Positions 55,492 through 64,000 of a stretch of DNA of 64,000 bases are shown here, piece after piece. Source of the DNA: Eledone cirrhosa (Eukaryota). Below the pieces are notes generated by a model. That model was not told the origin of the DNA, searched no databases, and worked only from the letters and a program-made list of their open reading frames with translations. The DNA lies in contig OZ024750.1 of NCBI GenBank assembly GCA_964016885.1, forward strand, positions 42,346,001 through 42,410,000, given 5' to 3'. Both the position numbers and the translations under genes were made by a program. Within the stretch, counting starts at the first letter, position 1. Every line of letters begins with the position of its first letter.

Positions 55492-56394
55492 TTAACCCTT
55501 CCATTACCATATTTCTAATGAAAGGCACTGTCTATGTCTTTAACCCTTCCATTACCATATTTCTAATGAAAGGCACTGTCTATGTCTTTAACCCTTTCAT
55601 TACCATATTTCTAATGAAAGACACTGTCTATGTCTTTAACCCTTCCATTACCATATTTCTAATGAAAGGCACTGTCTATGTCATTAACCCTTTCATTACC
55701 ATATTTCTAATGAAAGACACTGTCTATGTCTTTAACCCTTTCATTACCATACTTCTAATGAAAGACACTGTCTATGTCTTTAACCCTTTCATTACCATAT
55801 TTCTAATGAAAGACACTGTCTATGTCTTTAACCCTTCCATTACCATATTTCTAATGAAAGACACTGTCTATGTCTTTAACTCTTTCATTACCATATTTCT
55901 AATGAAAGACACTGCCTATGTCATTAACCCTTTCATTACCATACTTCTAATGAAAGACACTGTCTATGTCTTTAACCCTTTCATTACCATATTTCTTATG
56001 AAAGACACTGTCTATGTCATTAACCCTTTCATTACCATATTTCTAATGAAAGACACTGTCTATGTCATTAACCCTTTCATTACCATATTTCTAATGAAAG
56101 ACACTGTCTATGTCTTTAACCCTTTCATTACCATATTTCTAATGAAAGACACTGTCTATGTCTTTAACCCTTTCATTACCATATTTCTAACGAAAGACAC
56201 TGTCTATGTCATTAACCCTTTCATTACCATATTTCTAATGAAAGACACTGTCTATGTCATTAACCCTTTCATTACCATACTTCTAATGAAAGACACTGTC
56301 TATGTCTTTAACCCTTTCATTACCATATTTCTAATGAAAGACACTGTCTATGTCTTTAACCCTTCCATTACCATATTTCTAATGAAAGACACTG
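55492..56394. repeat. 48-bp minisatellite (19 units) made of the MITE B right terminus
   Basis: Unit ttaaccctttcattaccatatttctaatgaaagacactgtctatgtc(t/a); the first 31 nt are the exact reverse complement of 60438-60468. Confidence 0.97.
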
Positions 56395-56434
56395 CCCGTC
56401 ATGTTTTATGTGTGTAAAAGATTTACAAACAGGT

Positions 56435-56670
56435 ATCATCATCATCACCACCACCATCTTCATCACCATCACCACCACCACCATCATCACCATCACCATC
56501 ACCACTACCACCACCACCATCATCATTAGATATGCTTTCCTTGCTAGTGTTGATTGGACAGGTTGTCACAGTCTGAGACAAGACAGGTCGCAGTGACCTC
56601 AGCTTGATCACACATTCCATATGAGGCATGGTTTCAACATTTGGATGCCCTTTCTGATGCCAACCATCAT
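56435..56670 (-). mobile_element. Degenerate RTE-tail fragment with (CAT/CAC)n tail
   Basis: ttggatgccctttctgatgccaacc resembles the reverse complement of the RTE UTR ggttggtgttaggaagggcatcc. Confidence 0.55.
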
Positions 56671-56906
56671 GTGGGGGTGGGGGTGGGGTGTTGTGATAAC
56701 TCCACAAATAAATTTACAAAGTGTACTGGATGCATATTTTTCATGGCATCAATCTAAAAATGTTAGAGGATGTTCTGACTGCAATAGATAAGTTGTCACA
56801 TACTTGTCCAGACTGAAGGGTCCCATTAGACCTTACATATTCTCTGATTCATCACCAACACTGTAGCATCCTGCCCTCTTGCCACATTTACTTATATATA
56901 TATATA

Positions 56907-57093
56907 AATAATTGTTTCTACGTTTGGCACAAGGCCAGCAATAACCCAGTGCATTACTGGTACTTTATTTTATCGACCCCGTAAGGATGAAAGGCAAAGT
57001 TAACCACGGCGGGATTTGAACTCAGAATGGCAAGGGGTGTAACTCTATGCGTCAAAGCATGGCGTCCAACCCTCTACCGATATTGCCAATCCA
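56907..57093 (-). mobile_element. SINE family II
   Basis: Collinear with 21801-21988. Confidence 0.88.
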
Positions 57094-57347
57094 TGTCCAG
57101 AAGATATAGTTCTAAAACAATGGTCTGTACATTTTAATTTATCCTTTTAATTTTTATGTATTTTCTATTCTGTTAATAGACAATATGATTTTCACCCTGG
57201 TGGTATTCTATCCCCTATAATTGAATCCATACCTTTGTGTACTTTTCTCTATATATTGTCTTATAAAGAGCCTAGTATCTATTCCTTGAGCTCATTAAAT
57301 TATAGGGGATTAAAGTGAGGCTATAACTCCGTTTTTTTATTTGATAT

Positions 57348-57390
57348 ATAGGAACATGTAAGACCCCGTCGGGGTCTTACTTGTTCCTAT
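57348..57390. other. Near-perfect inverted repeat (20-bp arms, 3-nt loop)
   Basis: ataggaacatgtaagacccc-gtc-ggggtcttacttgttcctat, 19/20 paired. Confidence 0.9.
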
Positions 57391-58173
57391 TACCCACTCT
57401 ACTACCCTAGGTATTGAGTACTTTGGTGCATTACAGTCCATCTGGTTCCTTACCACATTTCCTTTGTTTTACACATACACATATATAATATATATATACA
57501 TATATACATATATTAGAAAAAATGAGGAAGTTTCGTTTACATGAATAAGATTTTTTATTGTGTATCGACCTGTTACTCTCGTTTCACAGAGGATTGGCTG
57601 AAGGTCACCCACAGGAGTTGTGGACCTGGCTCCATTATTGATCTGCTCTTCAGACTGGCGATGTGACAACAAATTATAAAATCACCTACACTGTGTGTGT
57701 GTGTGTGTAAAATCACCATCTTGTCCAAGTTTCTAGCCCATGCTGGCATGGGTTGGAGGGATGTTTTGAGGCAATGTTTATATCTGGATGCCGACCCCTT
57801 TGGTCAGCTCATATGACATGGCAAGGGTACAATGTACCTATTGTAAACCCACTCCCCTCAAACTCACACCTGGCGTGTTATTCTGGTTAAGTTTCCTAGC
57901 CACCCCATGTTAACAATATATGAAGAGGGTGGTGTTTAGTCCTGCCCCCCCCCCCCCCCCCTAAAACATCTCCTTGACATGGTATTTGTTTAATATAGTA
58001 TTTTGTCAGCAACCAACACCACTACACCAACACCATTACCACTGCAACCACTAACACAATGACAACCACCACCACCACCACCACCACTACAACAACCCCC
58101 AGCACGCTGTTGTTGTTGTTGTCAGTGTTGCATCAGCAGTTCCCTGTTTTAATTGTATTAATAACAAAACTAG

Positions 58174-58191
58174 TGTCGCCCCCTGGTGGCT
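58174..58191 (-). promoter_or_regulatory. Putative CTCF binding site
   Basis: Minus strand reads gccaccagggggcgac, close to the bilaterian CTCF core CCACCAGGGGGCGC. Confidence 0.45.
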
Positions 58192-58199
58192 TACTTTGA

Positions 58200-58805
58200 C
58201 AATAGCAACAGTAGCAGCAGCAACAATAACAACAGCAACAGTAGCAATAATAACAATAGCAACAACAGCAATAATAGCAATAGCAACAATGACAGTAGCA
58301 ACATCAACAACAGCAATAGCAACATCAACATCAGCAATAGCAACAACAGCAATAGCAACAATATCAGCAATAGCAACAACATCAACCACAGCAATAGCAA
58401 CAACAACAACAGCAATAGCCATAGCAACAACATCAACAACAGCAATAGCAACAGCAACAACAGCAATAGCAATAGCCATAGCAACAACATCAATAACAGC
58501 ATCAACAACAGCAATAGCAACAACAACAACAGCAATAGCAACAACATCAACAACAGCAATAGCAACAACAACATCAACAACAACAACATTAACAACAGCA
58601 ACAGCAACAACATCAGCAACAATAACAACAGCAATAGCAATAACATCAACAACAGCAATAGCAACAACAACAGCAATAGCAACAGCAACAATAACAACAG
58701 CAACAAGAGCAATAGCAGTAGTGGCAGTAGTAACAACAGCAATAACAACAACAGCAGCAATAACAACAGCAGCAACAGTAGCAGCTCGACCACCACCACC
58801 ACCCT
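58200..58805. repeat. (CAA/CAG/TAG)n trinucleotide tract
   Basis: Direct inspection; open in several frames on both strands. Confidence 0.9.
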
Positions 58806-59513
58806 CATTCTCACCCTTCCCCCTCCACTCTAGTCTGTGAGTGACACAGACCTGTCTACAATTAATTAGAACTAAAACTACACAGAACTTCAGACTTGGA
58901 GCAAAGTAGGAGAGGGTTGTGAAGAAGGGGAGGGGTACTGCAAAAACATTAATCTTTGCTTTCTCTCTGATCCCTCCCACCCACCCCCCACAACACCCCA
59001 GAAAAAACATTCAACTATTTTTACTTGATTTCTTTTATACTGCGTTTGTTTTGTTTTTTGTTTATTTTTTGTTTTTTTTTTGTCTCATTTTATTTTATTT
59101 ATTTAATATATTCTAACATGAGGCATGTCTGTGTCTCTCCATCCCACCTTGTTTTGTTGAAATTAACTCTTTGTCTGCCATATACTTGCTTCTACCATCC
59201 ATGTGGGTGTCAACTTACAAATTTACAGAGTTTTTTTTTTAAAAAAACAAACAAAACAAACAAAACAATAAATAAATCTACCCTGGGTTTAATTAATGTT
59301 CAGATTTTTGCTGGTTAATGAAAAATACTAAGAAGACATTTTTTTATATAAAAATCTAAAAGCAAAAGTTGTCTTTTTACTACAGATTGCCCCCCCCCCC
59401 CCATCTTCATCCTCATCCTCTCTCCTCTCCTCTCATCCCTTTGATATTCACACAGATTTATTTAACAGTGAAATATAATCTTCAGCTGATTACTATAAAC
59501 AGATCCCCCATCA

Positions 59514-59545
<32 letters not shown>

Positions 59546-59699
59546 TGTTATATTTGGGGACGGTCATGTTTTAGTATTGCCAGAAATATATAGTAAAACA
59601 CACTCACTGTTTGGTTTGGGTTGGTTTTCGCTTCAGTATATTTTATATCTCTATAATTAATTTAGATGGCAATCAATGTTAAAAATATAGATATAGTTT

Positions 59700-59742
59700 C
59701 TTAGAGTTCTTTCGTCACACGCCTGTGACATCATCAATGATG
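59700..59742 (-). ncRNA. Hammerhead-ribozyme-like motif (degenerate)
   Basis: Minus strand: tTGATGA-t-GTCACA-ggcg-TGTGAC-GAAA; perfect 6-bp stem II, but the first core base is T rather than C. Confidence 0.35.
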
Positions 59743-59909
59743 TTATTGTTTCCTCCCATTCATATCAAAAACTTTGCAAAACAAATTTATCTCCGCCAAT
59801 ATATATATATATATATAGGCTGACTGAATACACGTGGGGTTTTCTCAATAACATTTTCTTGTTACTTCCTCTTCGCACACTCTTCCTTTCTATTTCGTCT
59901 TTTTTATTT

Positions 59910-59950
59910 CTCATTCTGATGAAGGATTAGTGCCTGAAACGTTAAGACTA
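59910..59950 (+). ncRNA. Minimal type I hammerhead-ribozyme-like motif
   Basis: CTGATGA-AGG-attagtg-CCT-GAAAC-GTTA with palindromic AACGTT stem III; stem I pairing is weak. Confidence 0.5.
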
Positions 59951-60050
59951 TTTTCCTACTATATCAAGTGTTAAACTTAGTATATTTCTTCACTGTACTA
60001 TGTTAGTTGCTTTGTTGTTTCCATTTACTTTTTGCATACACACACTCACA

Positions 60051-60081
<31 letters not shown>

Positions 60082-60224
60082 ACACTCAATCTTCAACTTA
60101 TTTTTCTAAACGGATGTTTATATAAATGATTATGTGTCAATTCTAAAGCTGAGTTGTTCAGTCAACAGAACAGTCTACTTATTACATTGATGTACATCTG
60201 AGTATTCCACAGACACGTGTAACC

Positions 60225-60468
60225 ATAGCCCTTTTCGTACTAACTCAACCAAAATCAGATCCGGTTCTACAAAACCAAACCACTCATTTTAAAGAGTTCC
60301 TATTTAAGTTAAAATCTTACAGCATAATTATAAATAAGAACCATATGTTAAGGTACTATTTTAGTAATTAAACCATTGGTAATTTTAGTAAATCTGCCAA
60401 AATTCTCCATTAATTAATTAATTGAAATTGGGTTTACTTCATTAGAAATATGGTAATGAAAGGGTTAA
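60225..60468 (+). mobile_element. MITE family B
   Basis: cccttttcgtactaac...ggttctac...ttcattagaaatatggtaatgaaagggttaa. Confidence 0.75.
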
Positions 60469-60909
60469 TGTAATTATCAGAGAAATTTAATCCTCTTGGC
60501 GCTGTGGGCGACAGAAGTCACCAATAGAGGATATCCCCTTAATACATAATACAGTGTTAAGGGAAGTAATTCATTGAAAAATATTCAGCATGCTAAAGGT
60601 TAAACCTGTGTGTGACAATACTGGCCCTTTATATTATAGCTGCAGTCCATCCAACAAACCTTCATAGTTTCTGTCTAACCAGTTTCACTCACAAGGATTA
60701 GGTTGATCAGAAGTTATGGTAAAAGAAACTTCTCCTCCTGGTGGTGTTGTAGGGGCGGCGTAGTGACATATAACATTTCTTGGGTACCTTTTTAAACCTG
60801 GCAAATATATTTTCTCTCCATGTTTGAACTCAGCCGATTTCTTCCAGAGAAGAGATAGAGAGGAAGATTGAAATAAATAGAGAGAAAGACAGAGAGTGAT
60901 AGAGAAGAA

Positions 60910-61060
60910 GAATCAACCCCTGTACCGATCTGGTACTGATTTTATCGAAAGGATGAGAGACAAATTTCACCTCCACAGAATTTGAACATAGAACGCCGCG
61001 TCAGAACAAATAAGCTAAGAATTCTATCCAGCGTTCTAAAGATTCAACCATTTCACAGTC
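60910..61060 (-). mobile_element. Degenerate SINE family II
   Basis: ctggtactgattttatcgaaaggatga...gaatttgaac. Confidence 0.55.
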
Positions 61061-61916
61061 AGTTGTATTATTAAATTCTTTCAAATTCTTAAAATCAGTA
61101 TTTTACATTTAGAAAAATACTGTAGTGAAAAGGTTAAATCTGTTTACGGAATAACATTTCTGCAAAAGTCAGTCAGAGTTCACAATAGACATAGTTAAAT
61201 ATACAAAACTAACTGACCTAAATTCTTCAGTTATTTTAGGCCACACCAAACATCGCCTCTCTTAACATTACAAATATTGCTTTCTTTGGCAATTTGTGTA
61301 GAGATAGAAGACCAGTGAATTACTGGTAGGTTGTTGACATCTAGTGGAATAAAACAATACTCATCATCATCATATCCTTTTTTTCCATGCTTACATAGGT
61401 TAGACAGGTCCTTCTCAGCACAGCTTCTCTCTCTACTTGTTATGGCCCTTTGCATTGTGAGTTCAAATCCCTCTGTGGTCGATATAGGTGGCATACTTAA
61501 ACTGTTGCCCAGTTTAACACCACCACCTGGACATGGGGTGCCTTTAGCTGTGTCCACTCTGTTGTAAGTATTTGAACCAGGGCTCTGGGTTGAGAATAAC
61601 TCTTGAACCAGAGCTCTGGTTTGAGAATACCAATCTCACTCTATTACCTATCTCGGAGACCCTAAAAAGAGTCATGGGCACTGCTCTTCTTTCCCTGACT
61701 AAACAGAAAAAAAGAGAAAATTTAACTTGACAGTTTCACTTCTACCAATTTATTGCTTTTGTGTTAAAACTTTAGGTAGTGCCGTTGTTACCTTAGTTCT
61801 CATAAAATACACAGCCCATGTTTCAATTAATTTTCAAAACTGAAGAATTTGGTGAAATTTAGCTACATAGCTTTGTTTTTTACATTATTAAGTTGTTTGG
61901 AACATAACTTACCAAA

Positions 61917-61952
61917 GGTACTGGTTCGCAGCCCAGTGGTTGGGGACCTCTG
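61917..61952. mobile_element. Orphan hAT-Charlie-like terminus
   Basis: ggttcgcagcccagtggttggggacctctg followed by aactagag, similar to the NTCTAGAN target of Charlie elements. Confidence 0.45.
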
Positions 61953-62229
61953 AACTAGAGATTGTGCTAAAGTCTATTGAAAAGAATCCATGAAGTGGTC
62001 TTTCTTGGTAAAAACTTGTCATACGAACTATTATAAGACATTATTGTTAAATCAACAAGAAATTATCGTGGCTGTTTTCTTTTGGAATGAGATAAGAATG
62101 AGAGAAGTGTTGTTTTTATAGGTAAACAAGAGTGTAAATAATAGTTTCATCCAAGTAAGAGACCATAGGAAAGAATAGCAGTCAAAACCTGAGACTTCTA
62201 AATGTCTACAGTCACTTCATCACCATCAT

Positions 62230-62372
62230 CACCAAATCCTGTCACCGTTAGCTTTCCCTTTCATCCTTATGGGAGTTGTTAAAGTACCAGTAATAGATTG
62301 GGGTTGATTTAATCACCCCCTCTTTTCAAATTGTTGGCCGTGTGCCAAAGGTAGAAACAATTATTATTATTA
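62230..62372 (+). mobile_element. SINE family II fragment
   Basis: ctttcatccttatggg...gtaccagtaatag...gtgccaaaggtagaaacaattattatt. Confidence 0.7.
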
Positions 62373-62559
62373 CTGTTAGGGAGGGAAAGAAGAAAGTAGC
62401 CTCAAAGTGGAGATTTGGTGTGAATATAATATTGTAGGGTACTCAATACAAAATCATGGACCCCAATGAGTACCCAATACAATATTGTAGACCCCACTAA
62501 GAGTACCTAAGCACCAAGTAGAACAGCAGCAAGTCTCTGTAACAATTCATCAATCCATT

Positions 62560-62690
62560 AGATTGGTACTTTACTTTATTGACCTTAAAAAGAAAAGTTA
62601 TCCTTGGTGGGATTTGAACTTAGAGAGAGCTGGAACAAATAGCACCACATGGCTTTATGTCCTACATCCTAGCAACTCTGCCATACTACT
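62560..62690 (-). mobile_element. Degenerate SINE family II fragment
   Basis: ggtacttttactttattgacc...gggatttgaact. Confidence 0.5.
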
Positions 62691-63338
62691 TACTGTCAGG
62701 TCTTGAGACATATCTTTATCTTTAGTATTTCCTTGATGGGCTTCTTTTTTTCTTCTTCTTTTTCTCATTTTGTCACAAGCCAGTTTATGGAGGTGGGAGG
62801 CATAGCCTTCTCTCAAGGATATTACAATTGGCTTTCAATGGAAATTCAAACCAATTCATTGGCATCAATATCAGCTTAAATATTGCTCTTACAGTGAAAC
62901 TTTTAATATTTTCAGGTTTCACTCAAATCACATAATCACCAAAATTGAAATGTACACATGAGCACAATAAAATGGAGAATATTTATAAAATTCTTAAATT
63001 TTTTGGTTATTGCCATTAGATAAACAATTACTATAGAAATCTAGCTTAATGATATAATTTAATTACGGTGGTCATATGATTCTTGAGTCTTGAAATTTAA
63101 GAAGGCAGTTTATTTCCCACATTTTAATTTTTTTTATCTTTGTCTTTATTTTTTTTCATTGACTTTGATTTTTTATTTAGGATTTGTTCACAGATTTTCA
63201 ATTCTAGATTTGGCATGAGACAAGAAGAGAGTCTTTTACTAAAATTAGAAACCAATTCAATCTCTATTTCAATACTAAACTGGTTCGATGATACAAAGTT
63301 GTTAATTTTAATTTCAATATATATATATATATATATAT

Positions 63339-63340
<2 letters not shown>

Positions 63341-63372
<32 letters not shown>

Positions 63373-63794
63373 CCGTTTTACATCCGTTCTTCCACGCTAG
63401 CATGGGTTAGACGGGTTGTCCTGTTGTGGACAGTGTCTGGTCAGCTGACTTTGTCTTGCTCATTCTGGCTTGATTTCTACAGCTGGGTGCCCTTCCTAAC
63501 ACCAACCTCATTTACAGTGAGTGCTGGATGCTTTTTTTCCGTGGCGCCTACACGTCCACTTTACAGTGTGGGCTGGGTGCTTTTTTTTTTGTTTTTACCG
63601 TGGCACCTCCACGACCACTTTGCAGTGGAATGATAGGGACCCCAGTCCTATCATCTCATTTCTACAGCTGATTAAACTGGAGCAATGTGAAATAAAGTGT
63701 CTTGCTCAAGGAAACAACACATCACCCGGTCTGAGAATTGAACTCACAACCTTTCAATTGCAAGCCCAATGTTCTAACCACTAGGCCATGCGCC
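63341..63794 (-). mobile_element. SINE family I with RTE tail, full length
   Basis: Reverse complement closely matches 15531-15962; (CAT)n tail sits next to (TA)n. Confidence 0.92.
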
Positions 63795-64000
63795 TTCATA
63801 TGTATATATATATAATTTTACGTCTGCTTTTCCCTCACGACACTTAAGAACCTTTGTTCTAATGAACCTTGTAGAACTTTACGAGGGGGCAGGGCTTTAT
63901 AGTCAGGTATGATTCTCCTTCTTTCGTCTTCTTTTAAGACATGCTGGGATATGGTGCACCTATTCTAATACCTGGATACATACAGGATTTAAAAAATAGG

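Noticed and set aside
55413-56417. 334-aa hydrophobic repeat ORF
   Set aside because: Translation of the 48-bp MITE-end array.
58087-59010. Poly-N/S, poly-T/A and poly-L ORFs
   Set aside because: A trinucleotide tract open in four frames with no flanking domain; a low-complexity exon cannot be fully excluded without RNA data.

Overview
Repeat-saturated, AT-rich eukaryotic DNA with no recognisable intact host gene, RNA gene or CRISPR array. The tRNA-derived SINEs, RTE LINE tail and extreme microsatellite load resemble a cephalopod (octopus-like) genome; this is an inference from remembered repeat families, not a database result. Roughly half of the window is tandem repeat: an 18-bp array (1-3329), a 36-bp array (26-28.4 kb), an ~18.7-kb 27/29/31-bp satellite with kb-scale higher-order duplications (29.15-47.8 kb) and many smaller arrays. 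Nearly all ORFs in the track are translations of these repeats. The only real protein-coding remnant is a 5'-truncated RTE-clade LINE reverse transcriptase (13963-14631). Interspersed elements include several SINE families, two hAT-type elements with TIRs/TSDs and two TTAA-CCC-ended (piggyBac-like) MITE families, called A and B here. The most notable pattern is that three separate minisatellites (62, 38/41 and 48 bp) derive from terminal or subterminal sequence of MITE B, and MITE A repeatedly sits in or at TTAA sites of MITE B. Other signals are two hammerhead-like motifs in opposite orientation near 59.7-59.95 kb, a near-consensus CTCF site and a 20-bp-arm hairpin.
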